Below are positions 1-10,350 of a DNA stretch of 64,000 bases, one piece after another. The stretch comes from Verrucomicrobiia bacterium. GTDB lineage: Bacteria > Verrucomicrobiota > Verrucomicrobiia > JADLBR01. The stretch is from positions 4,183 through 68,182 of the forward strand of contig JAPKHT010000006.1 of assembly GCA_026646655.1 (NCBI GenBank), given 5' to 3'. Position numbers and translations under genes: made by a program. Within the stretch, counting starts at the first letter, position 1, and the number at the start of each line of letters is the position of its first letter. The notes under the pieces were generated by a model, which worked only from the letters and a program-made list of their open reading frames with translations, ran no database searches and was not told the DNA's origin.

Positions 1-1143
1 GACCGGGTCCCCCTCCCTCGTCTTCAGCGGGCGCTTGTCCGCCCCGAGAATCGAGCCAAAACCCACGTGCCTCAGTTCGACGCCAAGCCCCCACCGCCGC
101 ACCGTCGCGAAGAGTTGCTGGAAATGCAGGCTCTGGCGCATGTCCACCACGTACCAGATCTCGTCCGGACGAAACGTCTCCACGCGGTGCTTCACCGTCG
201 CAAGGTCTGTCGTCGCGTACAGCGCCGCCCCATCGCTCTTCCGGATCAGGAACGGCTTGTCCTTGAGGCCCGCCTCCTCGAAGAACACGCAGATCGCCCC
301 CTCGCTCTCGCGCGCCACGCCGCGAGCCACCAGATCCTCCACCACCCCGCGGAGCATCGGATTATAAAAACTCTCCCCCAGGGTCTCGTCGAAGCGAACC
401 CCCAGCCGCCCGTAGATCCCGTCGAACGCCGACTGGCTCAGTTCCCGGAACCGGCGCCACACCGCCAGATTCTCCGGGTCGCCCTCCTGAAGCTTCTTGA
501 GCTCGAGCCGCGCCGCCTCCTGTACCTCCGGATCGGACTGTGACGCCTCGTGCGCCCGCTTGTAGAGCCGCTCCATCTCGCCGATCGGATCGGCCGCCAG
601 CCTGTCCTCCGAACCAAAGCGCCGCAGGCCCACGATCAGCTTGCCGAACTGCGTCCCCCAGTCCCCGATATGGTTGTCGCTGATCACCCGGTGCCCCACG
701 TAACGCGCCACACGCTGCAGGCAGTCGCCCAGCACCGTCGAGCGAATGTGGCCCACGTGCATCGACTTCGCCACGTTCGGGGCGCTGAAATCCACGATCA
801 GCGTCTTCGGCGCATCGACCGGCTCGATGTACCGCCCCGCAAGACGACCCGCCAGGCCACGCACCAGAGCCGCGTCCGTCAGCCGGAAATTCAGGAAGCC
901 CGGACCCGCCACCGTCACCTCCGCGAGCCCGACACCGCCCCAGCCCGCGCGCACCGCCGCCGCGATCTCCGAGGGCTTGCGCCGCGCCTCCTTCGCCAAG
1001 ACCATCGCCGCGTTGCTCTGATAGTCACCGTGCCGCGCGTCCGCGCACGGACGAAAATCCGCCGGGCCAGCGCCCCCGGCAAGGCCGGCCCCCGCCAGCG
1101 CGCCGCCCAGTGCCCCCTCCAGTTCTCTGATGATCGGATTCAT
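1..1143 (-). CDS. argS: arginyl-tRNA synthetase, N-terminal 381 codons (3' end runs off the window)
   Basis: Own translation of the minus strand from ATG 1143-1141: MNPIIRELEGALG...DFSAPNVAKSMHVGHIRSTVLGD...ISDNHIGDWGTQFGKL...KSDGAALYATTDLA. Open to position 1. Missing from the supplied ORF track because it is edge-truncated. Confidence 0.9.
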   Translation of the reverse strand, partial: MNPIIRELEGALGGALAGAGLAGGAGPADFRPCADARHGDYQSNAAMVLAKEARRKPSEIAAAVRAGWGGVGLAEVTVAGPGFLNFRLTDAALVRGLAGRLAGRYIEPVDAPKTLIVDFSAPNVAKSMHVGHIRSTVLGDCLQRVARYVGHRVISDNHIGDWGTQFGKLIVGLRRFGSEDRLAADPIGEMERLYKRAHEASQSDPEVQEAARLELKKLQEGDPENLAVWRRFRELSQSAFDGIYGRLGVRFDETLGESFYNPMLRGVVEDLVARGVARESEGAICVFFEEAGLKDKPFLIRKSDGAALYATTDLATVKHRVETFRPDEIWYVVDMRQSLHFQQLFATVRRWGLGVELRHVGFGSILGADKRPLKTREGDPV

Positions 1144-1226
1144 TCAGCCTCGCTCCGTGCAACAACCCGCGGGCCATCCGCGAGAACGCCCCTTGTAGCC
1201 GACTCACCCCGGCGGAAAAGGCCAAA

Positions 1227-1943
1227 TCACCTCAGGTACTCCCTCAGGAAAGCCGCTCCCAACTCGCCCAGATCCCGCAGCCTCCCCAGCGACCACTCGA
1301 CCGCCCGCCAGAGATCGTGCGCCTCCAGCCCCGGGCTCACGAACACCAGCAGCAGCACCAGGGGCATCAGGTTCAGCAGGTAGATCAGCGACAGCGAAAA
1401 GAGCCAACCCTCCCCCGCGATGTCGGGCTGGAAGCGCCCCAGCATCATGACCGTGAAGGAGACGTGAAAACCCCACGCCAGCCCCAGCACCGCCAGCAGC
1501 ACCCACAGGTGCCCATCCAGATCCACCCAGAAACCCGCCAGCCACCACAGCCACGCCGCCAGCACCCCATACAGCGGAAAAAAATAGGGCGCCAGCGAGA
1601 TCCAGAAATTCACGCGGTCCGTCCTGACGTACCCCCCCTGGGGACCCACCTTCAGCGCCGTCACCCGGCCCCCAAAAGCCCACGCCCAGATCGCGTGGGT
1701 CAGCTCGTGCCCAAGCAGATACGCCCTCATCGGCTTGACCCCGGCCACAAAACACACCCACCACGCAACCGCACCCCCCAGAAAACTCAACAGCAGAGGA
1801 TTCCGCGCCGCCTCGCCCCCGAGCAACACCAGGCTCCCCAGCCGAAACGCCGCGACCGTCAGGACAAGGCACAGCGGCCAAAGCGCCGCCACCGCCACGG
1901 CCCATTTCAGCCATTTGGCGCTTGCCTTTTGCGCGCCCGCCAC
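1227..1943 (-). CDS. polytopic membrane protein with HExxH motif (zincin-like membrane metalloprotease, M50B/DUF3267-like)
   Basis: 238-aa ORF with several hydrophobic segments and LLGHELTHAIW (HExxH). The overlapping 1204..1968 frame is Gly/Arg-rich junk. GTG start; only 27 bp from the divergent rpsT, so the true start may be an internal GTG. Confidence 0.55.
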   Translation of the reverse strand: MAGAQKASAKWLKWAVAVAALWPLCLVLTVAAFRLGSLVLLGGEAARNPLLLSFLGGAVAWWVCFVAGVKPMRAYLLGHELTHAIWAWAFGGRVTALKVGPQGGYVRTDRVNFWISLAPYFFPLYGVLAAWLWWLAGFWVDLDGHLWVLLAVLGLAWGFHVSFTVMMLGRFQPDIAGEGWLFSLSLIYLLNLMPLVLLLVFVSPGLEAHDLWRAVEWSLGRLRDLGELGAAFLREYLR

Positions 1944-1970
1944 TACCTTCCCCCCTCACCAAAGACAATC

Positions 1971-2243
1971 ATGGCCAACACGCTTTCAGCAGCAAAACGC
2001 GCCCGCTCCTCGGAGAGGCGCCGCCAGCGCAACCGACGGGTCAAGGCTCGCGTCAAGAACATCGAGAAAGAGTACCGCCAACTCATCGCGGAGAAAAAGC
2101 TCGATGAGGCCAGGGTTCTCCTTCCCAAGGTGAACTCGACCCTCGCCAAGGCCGCCAAGTCCCCCGCCATCCACAGGAACAAGGCCCAGCGGAAAATGTC
2201 CCGCCTCGCCAAACTCCTGAAGTCCGCCGAAACCCCGGCCTGA
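1971..2243 (+). CDS. rpsT: 30S ribosomal protein S20
   Basis: MANTLSAAKRARSSERRRQRNRRVKARVKNIEKEY...AIHRNKAQRKMSRLAKLL is a typical S20. ATG at 1971 lies inside the longer ORF 1317..2243. Confidence 0.93.
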   Translation: MANTLSAAKRARSSERRRQRNRRVKARVKNIEKEYRQLIAEKKLDEARVLLPKVNSTLAKAAKSPAIHRNKAQRKMSRLAKLLKSAETPA

Positions 2244-2440
2244 CCTGAAACTTCAAAGTTGGGGATACTTCGATGCGTGTCACAAGAGACACGTCATCAG
2301 CAGGTTATGCGGGCACCGCCTAAAGGCGGCACTACGAGCCCAAGACCACGGGAATGTTCGTAGTGGTGCCTTTAGGCACTCCGCGACCCACCGGAAGTTT
2401 CCACATGAATGATGCGGCGCGTCCCCGCGCAGGTGGCGGG
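2241..2440 (+). repeat. modular intergenic repeat, copy 1 (modules L + B triple hairpin + spacer; degenerate REP tail to about 2490)
   Basis: About 203 nt matches the reverse complement of 14233..14436 with about 16 differences by hand alignment. Contains hairpins CCGCC-TAAA-GGCGG, ACTACGA...TCGTAGT and GTGCC-TTTA-GGCAC. The first 3 nt are the rpsT TGA stop. Confidence 0.8.
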
Positions 2441-2493
2441 GCTTGCGCGAGAACTCCGTAGCTGTGGTCGCCAGGCCGTGGGCCCGGCAACAC

Positions 2494-3483
2494 TCACCCC
2501 GGAATCAGCTCCCCCACCAGCGCCCGCTCCTCCTTCAATTCGGCCACCGTCGCATCAATCCTGCCCCGGCTGAATCCGTCGATCTGCAGCCCCTGGACGA
2601 TCTCCCACCGCCCGCCATCCGAGCGTACAGGGAACGAGCTAATCAGCCCCGCCTCAACCCCGTAGCTCCCGTCCGAGCACACGCAGACGCTGTGCCAGTC
2701 GCCCGCCGGGGTCGGTTGCACGAGATCCCGCACCGTGTCCACCACCGCGTTTGCCGCGCTCGCCGCAGACGACGCGCCGCGCGCTTTGATGATCTCTGCG
2801 CCGCGCTGCTGCACCGTCTTGATGAAATCGCCCTCCAGCCACGTCCGGTCCGCGATCACGTCCGCCGCCGCCTTGCCCCCGATCTTGGCGTGCACGAAAT
2901 CCGGATACTGCGTCGCCGAGTGGTTGCCCCAGACCGCCAGGTTCGTCACCGCCGAAACCGCGACCCCCGCCCGCCCCGCAAGCTGCCCCTTCGCACGGTT
3001 CTCATCCAGTCGCGTCATCGCAAACCACCGGTCCCGCGGCACCCCGGGCGCGTTGCTCATCGCGATCAGACAATTGGTGTTGCACGGGTTGCCGACCACC
3101 AGCACCCGCACGTCGGGCGCCGCGTTCGCCTCGATGGCCCTGCCCTGGCCCGTGAAAATCTTCCCGTTGATCCCCAACAGGTCTTTGCGCTCCATCCCCT
3201 GCTTCCTGGGAACGCTCCCCACCAGCAGCGCCCAGTTGACCCCGCGGAACGCCTCCGCCGGATCCGTCGTCGCCACGATGTCTGTCACAAGCGGGAACGC
3301 GCAGTCGACCAACTCCATCACCACGCCTCGCATCGCCGCCTCGGCCTGCGGCAAATCGAGCAGGTTCAACGCCACCGGCTGCCCCGGCCCAAACATCGAA
3401 CCCGAAGCAATCCGGAACAATAGGGAATACCCAATCTGACCGGCAGCCCCGGTCACCGCCACACGTATAGCCTGTTTTGACAT
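2494..3483 (-). CDS. mdh: malate dehydrogenase
   Basis: 329 aa. [28 protein letters not shown] (Rossmann GxxGxxG), [20 protein letters not shown]: MDH signature blocks. Confidence 0.95.
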   Translation of the reverse strand: MSKQAIRVAVTGAAGQIGYSLLFRIASGSMFGPGQPVALNLLDLPQAEAAMRGVVMELVDCAFPLVTDIVATTDPAEAFRGVNWALLVGSVPRKQGMERKDLLGINGKIFTGQGRAIEANAAPDVRVLVVGNPCNTNCLIAMSNAPGVPRDRWFAMTRLDENRAKGQLAGRAGVAVSAVTNLAVWGNHSATQYPDFVHAKIGGKAAADVIADRTWLEGDFIKTVQQRGAEIIKARGASSAASAANAVVDTVRDLVQPTPAGDWHSVCVCSDGSYGVEAGLISSFPVRSDGGRWEIVQGLQIDGFSRGRIDATVAELKEERALVGELIPG

Positions 3484-3660
3484 GGCAGGAACATAGGGAT
3501 ACCCGACCGCAGCGCAATACCCCCTTTCGCGCTTTCCACGGCCCCCCTCAAACCTCCACCAAAAATGCCGCCCTATGGCGGAAACGACCAGAAGTCATAC
3601 AAATAATCCATATCACATTGAACAATTGTCCAGAAAGGGGCATATTAACTGTCTGTAGCG

Positions 3661-4473
3661 GTGAACACGCCATTTGCAGCCGAAGGGACCATCTACTACG
3701 GGGACCTGTTCACGTTGACGGATGAGGTCCAGACCCTGGCGAACGCCGGCAAATCGGGTTACCTCGAAATCCAGACCGAGGGTCAGCCCTCCTACTTGTT
3801 CTTTGACGAGGGGCAACTCATAGACGCCGTGCATGGCGAGCGCCGCGGCACGGATGCGGTGTTCTCGCTCCTCAAACTGCCGAAAACCACCACGACCTAT
3901 ACCCAGGACTACAAGCACCCCTACAGGACCATCGAGCAACCGACCATCGCACTTCTCATCGAGGCCGCGCGCAGGGCCGACGAGGCCAACCAGCGCCCGC
4001 CCCGCGAGAACGAGGCCGCGGTGCCCGCGCTCCAGATTTTCGCGGGCTACCAGACGGCAAGGCATTTCCCGCTCGAGCGCCAGCTCCTCAAGATCGGTCG
4101 CTCGATGGACAACGACATCGTCATCGCCGACCCCTCGGTGTCCCGCTACCACGCCCGGCTCGAGGTCCATGATTTCGGGGTGATCCTCCGCGACCTCGGT
4201 TCCCGCAACGGCACATGGCTCATGTCCCATCGCATCTGCGACGTCGTGCTTCAGCCCGACGACAGCCTGCACTTCGGCCTGGTGTCCGCGCGCTATGTCC
4301 ACCGCGCCTTTGTGGAACTCGGATGGGAACCCGCATCCGCCCCCGAGGTCGTGGCCGCCGGGGCCAAGAAGCCTACCAAGACCCTGGACGACTTCGCGGG
4401 CCAGCCCGACGAAGAGAGCCCGGCCTACCCCCCCCAGGCCGACGCATACTGGGGCCGCACAGCCGCCGCCTGA
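3661..4473 (+). CDS. FHA-domain protein with N-terminal DUF4388/PatA-N-like domain
   Basis: N-terminus has the GDL..L.DEVQTL...KSGYLEI....YLFFDEGQLIDA pattern. C-terminal FHA block LKIGRSMDNDIVIADPSVSRYHARLEVHDFGVILRDLGSRNGTWL. GTG start. Confidence 0.75.
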   Translation: MNTPFAAEGTIYYGDLFTLTDEVQTLANAGKSGYLEIQTEGQPSYLFFDEGQLIDAVHGERRGTDAVFSLLKLPKTTTTYTQDYKHPYRTIEQPTIALLIEAARRADEANQRPPRENEAAVPALQIFAGYQTARHFPLERQLLKIGRSMDNDIVIADPSVSRYHARLEVHDFGVILRDLGSRNGTWLMSHRICDVVLQPDDSLHFGLVSARYVHRAFVELGWEPASAPEVVAAGAKKPTKTLDDFAGQPDEESPAYPPQADAYWGRTAAA

Positions 4474-4480
4474 TCCCCGG

Positions 4481-4993
4481 TCACCAGCCCTCGGTCACCT
4501 CGGCCACGATCTGCCGGGCCAGGTCCTCCGAAAGCAAACCCATCGCCTGCCGCTCCGCCTCCTGCAGATCCTGCCCGATGAAAAACTCGGTCTCCCCGGT
4601 GAATTCCTTGCCCGAGAGGATCGGCTCCGCCTCGCCGCGCTTCCTCATCGTGGCCTCGGCCTTAAGTTCGACCCGATATTCCGATGCCACCCGGGTGTCC
4701 CGCCGACCCGAGCGCTGCGGCTTCCTCTCGAACTCGACCAGCTTCACCTCCAGCGTCGCGTCCGCATCCGCCTCGCGAACGACCCTCAGCGTCCCGTCCC
4801 GGTGAAAATGCTGGATGATCGAATCGGTGACCATCACCGCGATGTTCGGCTCGTACGTCTCGTTCTTCACGACCGGCACGTACACCGTCCTGACCCCACG
4901 CAGTTCCTCGCCCGCGATGCTGCCCAGCCGATAGGCGCAGCCGCCCAGCGCGACCGCCGCAACGCACGCCGCCATCATCCATTGATTCCTCAT
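4481..4993 (-). CDS. lipoprotein, LptE-like (LPS-assembly lipoprotein)
   Basis: 170 aa. Signal peptide plus lipobox AVALGGC. Size and alternating beta-like pattern, and position next to a BamD-like gene, fit LptE. Assignment is by resemblance only. Confidence 0.5.
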   Translation of the reverse strand: MRNQWMMAACVAAVALGGCAYRLGSIAGEELRGVRTVYVPVVKNETYEPNIAVMVTDSIIQHFHRDGTLRVVREADADATLEVKLVEFERKPQRSGRRDTRVASEYRVELKAEATMRKRGEAEPILSGKEFTGETEFFIGQDLQEAERQAMGLLSEDLARQIVAEVTEGW

Positions 4994-5018
4994 AAAGCAC
5001 TCCAGGCCCAGGGGCCGC

Positions 5019-6317
5019 CTACTGCACCGCCGGTTCCGGTAGGACCGGCCCGATCAACTCGTCCTCCCCAGAAGGTTCAGCGGCCACCGCCACCGGTTTC
5101 CGCAGCGCGACATCCGGCATCAGGGGCCTCGCCGCCGCACGCGCCGGCGCCCCGCCCCCCACGTCCATCGCGGGCAACACCTCCGTCGCATCCACCCTCT
5201 CCCGCACCGCCGCCATCTCCGGGCCGTCCGGGATGTCCGCCCCCGCATCCTCCGACGGCTTCTCCCGCCCGCGCTCTCTCTCCGGCTTCTCCCGGTCCCT
5301 CGCCATGGCCTCCGCCGCCCGCTCCTGATGCCGCGCCAGATCCTTCGGCATCGCCGGCCCCGACTCCGTCATCGGCGTCAGTTCCTCGATCCGCTTGAGC
5401 GCGATCTTCGCCATCTCCGAATCCGGCCCCTTCTGGATCACCTCCCGATAGTAGATCACCGCCGCGTCCGGCCTCTTCTGCGACTCGTAGAACTTCGCGA
5501 TGTTGAAGGAACCCTGCGTCAGCCGACCCTGCACCACCGCCAGATTCTCCTTCGCCTGCGCCACCTTGTCGCTGTTGGGAAACCGCGCCATGAACTCCGT
5601 GAACGCCTGGATGGCCTTGTCGGCCGCCCCCTGATCGTAGTCCGGCCGCTCCGCCGCCTGGAACCACACGTAGCCTATCTGGTAGAGCGCGTCGTCGGCG
5701 ATGTCGTGCCCCGGATACCGATCCAGCACCGCGTTGTACGCCGCGATCGCCTCGCTCCACTTCTTCGTCTTTTCGTTGCACAGGCCAATCTTGAACTGCG
5801 CCTCGGCCGCGTAGCGCCCGTACGGCGCGTTCTTGATGATCTGGTCGTACATCTTCGCCGTCTGCTCCCAGGACGCCGGCAGCGGCACCTTCCACAGCCG
5901 CTGCGGCTCGCCCACGAGAAAGAGATTCGCGATCTGGTACTGCCGCTCCAGCGCCTTCTCGAAATACTCGCTCGACGGGTACTTCTCGATGCACTTCTGG
6001 TAATCCTTGAACGCCCGCGGAAAATCCGCCTGCTGCTCGGAGCACCACCCGATCCGGTACTGCGCCTCCCCCGCGTTGAACGAGAATGGCCATTTCCGGA
6101 CGAGCGCCAGATAGGCGGACTTGGCCTCTTTCCAGTTCTCCGCCTTCTCCGCCTTCTTGCCCGCCTCCAGCTGGTCCCGCGAATTGGCCGCCGTCGGCCC
6201 CCCCTCCTCCGCGTCCTCGTTGACCCACCCCTCGCCGGGGCGCCACACCAGCGCCGCCTGGGCCGTCAGCCCCAAGAGCCCGGTGTACACCAAGACTGTC
6301 CCCAAGATGCGTCGCAT
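5019..6317 (-). CDS. TPR-repeat outer-membrane assembly factor, BamD/YfiO-like, with disordered C-terminal tail
   Basis: 432 aa. Signal peptide, then repeated A..Y.IG/W...A...Y..V...YP TPR-like units (AEAQYRIGWC, AEAQFKIGLC, DALYQIGYVWF, AQAKENLAVVQ). Confidence 0.6.
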   Translation of the reverse strand: MRRILGTVLVYTGLLGLTAQAALVWRPGEGWVNEDAEEGGPTAANSRDQLEAGKKAEKAENWKEAKSAYLALVRKWPFSFNAGEAQYRIGWCSEQQADFPRAFKDYQKCIEKYPSSEYFEKALERQYQIANLFLVGEPQRLWKVPLPASWEQTAKMYDQIIKNAPYGRYAAEAQFKIGLCNEKTKKWSEAIAAYNAVLDRYPGHDIADDALYQIGYVWFQAAERPDYDQGAADKAIQAFTEFMARFPNSDKVAQAKENLAVVQGRLTQGSFNIAKFYESQKRPDAAVIYYREVIQKGPDSEMAKIALKRIEELTPMTESGPAMPKDLARHQERAAEAMARDREKPERERGREKPSEDAGADIPDGPEMAAVRERVDATEVLPAMDVGGGAPARAAARPLMPDVALRKPVAVAAEPSGEDELIGPVLPEPAVQ

Positions 6318-6420
6318 GACTCTTTAATATCTAGCCAATTTGGCCCGTTGACAAGCCCCAAGCGCGCCCAACTCGGCTCTTTACAGGCCCCCGCCCCTCC
6401 GGTTTATTCACTCCCCCCGT

Positions 6421-7719
6421 ATGGAAGCCATCCGCATCGGCATCGCAGGCCTGGGCGTCGTCGGTTCCGGCGTCGTCAGACACCTCTGGGCCAACGCCGA
6501 CCTCATCGCCGAGCGCACCGGCTTCCGCCTCGAGATCGCCCGCGTGGCCGAACGCGACCCCGCGAGGCCGGCCGCCCTCGGCATCGACTCATCCCTCGTC
6601 TGCCCCGACCCGCTGGACCTCGCCCGTGACCCATCCCTCCACATCGTCGTCGAACTCATGGGCGGCACCGGCATCGCGCGGGAATTCATCGACCTCGCCC
6701 TGCGCCAGGGCAAGGGAGTCGTCACCGCCAACAAGGCCCTCCTCGCCGAGGCCGCCGAGTCCCTCGTCGGACTGGCGACCCAGAAGCGCGTCCCGCTCTG
6801 CTTCGAGGCCAGCGTCGCCGGGGGCATCCCCATCCTCAAGGCACTCCGCGAGGGGCTCGTCGCCAACCGGATCATCAGCATCCATGGCATCGTCAACGGC
6901 ACCTGCAACTTTATCCTCTCCTCCATGACGCAGTCGGGCCAACCCTATGCCGGGGCACTGGCCGAGGCCCAGCGCCTCGGCTACGCCGAGGCGGACCCGA
7001 CCCTCGATGTCGGCGGTTTCGATGCGATGCACAAGGCCTGCATCCTCGCGGCCCTCGCCTACGGTTTTTGGATCCGCCCCTCCGACGTCCACACCCGGGG
7101 CATCGACGGCATCGCGCCCGAGGACCTCCACTTCGCCAAGGTCCTGGGCTACACGATCAAACACCTTGCCGTCGTCCAGTGCGACGAGGATGGGGCGGTC
7201 GAGGTCCACGTCGGGCCCACGCTGATCCCCTCCGGCCACGTCCTGGCATCGGTCGCCGGCGTGTTCAACGCCCTGGCCGTGCGCGGCGACGTGGTCGGCG
7301 ACACCCTCTTCTACGGACGCGGCGCCGGACCAGACGCCACCGCCAGCGCCGTCATCAGCGACATCGCCGAGGCCGCCTCCGCGCTGACCCAGGGCTACCA
7401 CTTGCCCGCCTGCGGGATCCACGGCCTCTACAACCGCTTCCGGCCCTTCGCCGACACCCGCAGCCGCCACTACGTGCGCTTCGCCGTCGCCGACAGGCCG
7501 GGCGTCCTCGCCCAGATCGCCGACGTCCTCGGCCGCCACCAGATCAGCATCGCCTCCGTGTTCCAGCCCAAGGAGCACCCCGGCGAAATGGTGCCCCTCG
7601 TCATGCTGCTCTACCGCGCCCGCGAACAGAACCTCCGGGACGCCCTCGCCGAGATCGCCAGGCTGCCCGTCACCCGCGGCGAGCCCGTCGCCCTCCGCCT
7701 GGAGGATTTCGACCGATGA
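6421..7719 (+). CDS. hom: homoserine dehydrogenase
   Basis: 432 aa. [16 protein letters not shown]-binding N-terminus, [23 protein letters not shown]-terminal ACT-like region. Stop overlaps the thrC start (ATGA). Confidence 0.92.
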   Translation: MEAIRIGIAGLGVVGSGVVRHLWANADLIAERTGFRLEIARVAERDPARPAALGIDSSLVCPDPLDLARDPSLHIVVELMGGTGIAREFIDLALRQGKGVVTANKALLAEAAESLVGLATQKRVPLCFEASVAGGIPILKALREGLVANRIISIHGIVNGTCNFILSSMTQSGQPYAGALAEAQRLGYAEADPTLDVGGFDAMHKACILAALAYGFWIRPSDVHTRGIDGIAPEDLHFAKVLGYTIKHLAVVQCDEDGAVEVHVGPTLIPSGHVLASVAGVFNALAVRGDVVGDTLFYGRGAGPDATASAVISDIAEAASALTQGYHLPACGIHGLYNRFRPFADTRSRHYVRFAVADRPGVLAQIADVLGRHQISIASVFQPKEHPGEMVPLVMLLYRAREQNLRDALAEIARLPVTRGEPVALRLEDFDR

Positions 7720-8786
7720 GCTGGCGCGGCGTCATCGAGGAGTTCCGCGGGCACCTGCCCGTCACCGGCTCCACCCCGGTCGTCACACTCCTGGAGGGCA
7801 ATACCCCGCTGATCCCCGCCCCCAAGCTCGCGGCGCGCCTCGGCCGCGGACGGAAACTCTTCCTGAAATACGAGGGCCTCAACCCCACCGGATCCTTCAA
7901 GGACCGCGGCATGACCCTCGCCATCTCCCTCGCCCTGGAGCGCGGCGCCCACACCGTCATCTGCGCCTCCACGGGCAACACCAGCGCCGCCGCGGCCGCC
8001 TACGCGACCCGCGCCGGCATGCGCTGCGCCGTCCTGCTGCCCGCCAAGAAGATCGCACGAGGCAAACTCGCCCAGGCCCTGATGCACGGCGCCAAGGCCA
8101 TCGCCCTCAAGGGCAACTTCGACGACGCCCTCCGCGTCGTCCGCGAACTCGGCAACGAGCCCGGCATCGCCATCGTCAACTCCATCAATCCCGACCGCAT
8201 CCAGGGCCAGAAGACCGCCGCGTTCGAGATCGTCCGCGACCTCGGCGACGCGCCCGACATCCACGCCCTCCCGGTCGGCAACGCCGGCAACATCACCGCA
8301 TACTGGAAGGGGTACGGCGAATTCTTCGACCAGGGCCTCAGCCGAAAACGGCCCGCCATGTTCGGCTTCCAGGCCGCGGGCGCCGCCCCCATCGTCCTCG
8401 GCCATCCCGTCAGGGATCCCGAGACCATCGCCACCGCCATCCGCATCGGCGATCCCGCGAGCTGGGAAGGCGCCGCCGCCGCCATCCGCGAATCCGGCGG
8501 CCACATCGGCACCGTCACCGACGAGGAGATCCTCGCCGCGCACTACTGGCTCGCCTCCAACGAGGGCGTCTTCGTCGAGCCCGCCAGCGCCGCGGGCATC
8601 GCCGGCCTCCTGAAACTCGCCGCCTCCCCAGAGTGCCCGATACCCGACGAGGCCCGCATCGTCGTCACCGTCACCGGCCACGGCCTCAAGGACCCCGATG
8701 TCGCCATCGATAACGCCCCCGGGCTCATCAAGTGCCGCGCCGACCGCGACAAGGTCCTCAAGAAAATCTTGGCGGACGACAAATAG
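7716..8786 (+). CDS. thrC: threonine synthase
   Basis: Starts at ATG 7716 inside ORF 7068..8786: [16 protein letters not shown]...LEGNTPLI...[12 protein letters not shown] (PLP lysine motif)...[13 protein letters not shown]. Confidence 0.93.
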   Translation: MSWRGVIEEFRGHLPVTGSTPVVTLLEGNTPLIPAPKLAARLGRGRKLFLKYEGLNPTGSFKDRGMTLAISLALERGAHTVICASTGNTSAAAAAYATRAGMRCAVLLPAKKIARGKLAQALMHGAKAIALKGNFDDALRVVRELGNEPGIAIVNSINPDRIQGQKTAAFEIVRDLGDAPDIHALPVGNAGNITAYWKGYGEFFDQGLSRKRPAMFGFQAAGAAPIVLGHPVRDPETIATAIRIGDPASWEGAAAAIRESGGHIGTVTDEEILAAHYWLASNEGVFVEPASAAGIAGLLKLAASPECPIPDEARIVVTVTGHGLKDPDVAIDNAPGLIKCRADRDKVLKKILADDK

Positions 8787-8816
8787 GTTCGCGCGCCGCG
8801 CCCCGTTCGTCGCACA

Positions 8817-10229
8817 ATGCGCGCGATGAAATCGCTGCTGCCGCTCCTCCTCGCCACCTCCTGCGCCGCGGCCGCCTCGCAAACCCCCAATTTCGTCCTC
8901 GCCATGGCCGATGACCAGGGCGCCGGCGACATGGCCTATTGCGGGCACCCCGCGCTCAAGACCCCGCATTTCGACACCCTCGCCCGCGAGGGGCTGCGCC
9001 TCGATCGATTCTACGCCGCCGCACCCGTCTGCTCGCCCACGCGAGGCAGCGTCATGACCGGGCGCACCCCCAACCGCTTCGGCTGCTTCAAGTGGGGCTA
9101 CACCCTCCGCCCCCAGGAGATCACCGTCGCCGAGGCCCTCCGGCCCGCGGGCTACACGACCGGCCATTTCGGAAAATGGCACCTCGGCTCCATGCGCGCC
9201 GATAGCCCCACCTGCCCCGGCCAGAGCGGTTTTGACAGCTGGTTCTCCAGCCCAAATTTCTTCGAGACCGACCCCTGGATGTCCCGGGACGGCAAGGCCA
9301 TCCAGACCACGGGCGAAGGCTCCGAAGTCATCGTCGATGCCGCCCTCGAGTTCATCCGTGCCGCCGCGAAAGCCGGGCGCCCGTTCCTCGCCGTGGTATG
9401 GTTCGGTTCGCCCCACGCCCCGCACATCGGCACCGGGCCCGACCTCGCGCTCTACGAGAAGCAACCCGAGAAGATCCGCCACTTCTTGGCCGAGATCACC
9501 GCCATGGACCGCGCCATGGGCAAACTCCGCCAGGGCCTCCGGTCGGCCGGTGTCGCGGACAACACACTCCTGTGGTACTGCTCTGACAACGGCGCGATCC
9601 CACAGGGTTCCACCGGCGGCCTCCGCGGCAAGAAGGGCGACATCTGGGAGGGAGGTCTCCGCGTGCCGGGCCTCATCGAGTGGCCCGCGAAGATCCGCTC
9701 CCCGAGGACATCCGCCGTTCCCTGCGGCACCTGGGATATCTATCCCACGCTCCTCGATCTGGCCGGCGCCAAGTCCCCGCGTCCCATGCCCCTCGACGGC
9801 ATCAGCCTCGCGCCATTGATCGAGGGAAAAATGGACGCCCGCCCCAGGCCCATGGGTTTCTGGGATTACACGATCCAGGGTCTCGCCACCAAGAGCACCG
9901 AGTTGCTCCAGACCCTCGCCCGGGAGCAGGCCTCCGGCAATACCCGGCCCGCCGCCGAGGCCGAACCCATCCCCCCCGCGCAGCTCCGCTCCGATTACCC
10001 CACGGACTCCTTCCCCGGCCATGCCGCGTGGACCGATGGCCAGTGGAAACTCCACCGCATCCAAGGCAAGAAAGACGCCATCACCTGGGAGCTCTACAAC
10101 CTCGCCGACGACCCCACCGAATCCCAAGACATCGCCTCCGCCCAGCCCGCCCGCACCGCCCAGATGCGCTCCGAGCTCGAGTCCTGGCTCCACTCCGTCG
10201 CCTCAAGCCTGAACGGCAGAGACTACTGA
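8817..10229 (+). CDS. secreted sulfatase (arylsulfatase A family)
   Basis: 470 aa. Signal peptide, PNFVLAMADDQG, formylglycine motif CSPTRGSVMTGR, GKWHLG. Confidence 0.88.
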   Translation: MRAMKSLLPLLLATSCAAAASQTPNFVLAMADDQGAGDMAYCGHPALKTPHFDTLAREGLRLDRFYAAAPVCSPTRGSVMTGRTPNRFGCFKWGYTLRPQEITVAEALRPAGYTTGHFGKWHLGSMRADSPTCPGQSGFDSWFSSPNFFETDPWMSRDGKAIQTTGEGSEVIVDAALEFIRAAAKAGRPFLAVVWFGSPHAPHIGTGPDLALYEKQPEKIRHFLAEITAMDRAMGKLRQGLRSAGVADNTLLWYCSDNGAIPQGSTGGLRGKKGDIWEGGLRVPGLIEWPAKIRSPRTSAVPCGTWDIYPTLLDLAGAKSPRPMPLDGISLAPLIEGKMDARPRPMGFWDYTIQGLATKSTELLQTLAREQASGNTRPAAEAEPIPPAQLRSDYPTDSFPGHAAWTDGQWKLHRIQGKKDAITWELYNLADDPTESQDIASAQPARTAQMRSELESWLHSVASSLNGRDY

Positions 10230-10350
10230 CGATACAACCGCCGGGGTTGAACCCGGGGCGCCACGGCCCTATCATGACGGCATGGCGGAGGTAAGATCGG
10301 GCCACGATATCGAGCCGACCCCGTAATCCCCCGACCGCGCGGATCCCGCC

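Noticed and set aside
1204-1968. Alternative 254-aa frame overlapping the HExxH membrane protein gene
   Set aside because: It is a Gly/Arg/Ala-rich translation without hydrophobic periodicity. The 1227..1943 frame gives TM helices plus HELTH.
7611-10193. 860-aa minus-strand ORF, plus similar very long ORFs: 10081..11859, 22562..23980 (upstream part), 39791..41614, 55119..57443, 43714..45447, 49262..50332, 61788..63332
   Set aside because: The translations are dominated by Gly/Arg/Ala/Pro/Asp with no motifs. Each lies antisense to or out of frame with a gene that has clear family signatures (thrC/sulfatase, cysS, coxA, mutS, Kef, etc.). These are classic shadow ORFs of a high-GC genome.
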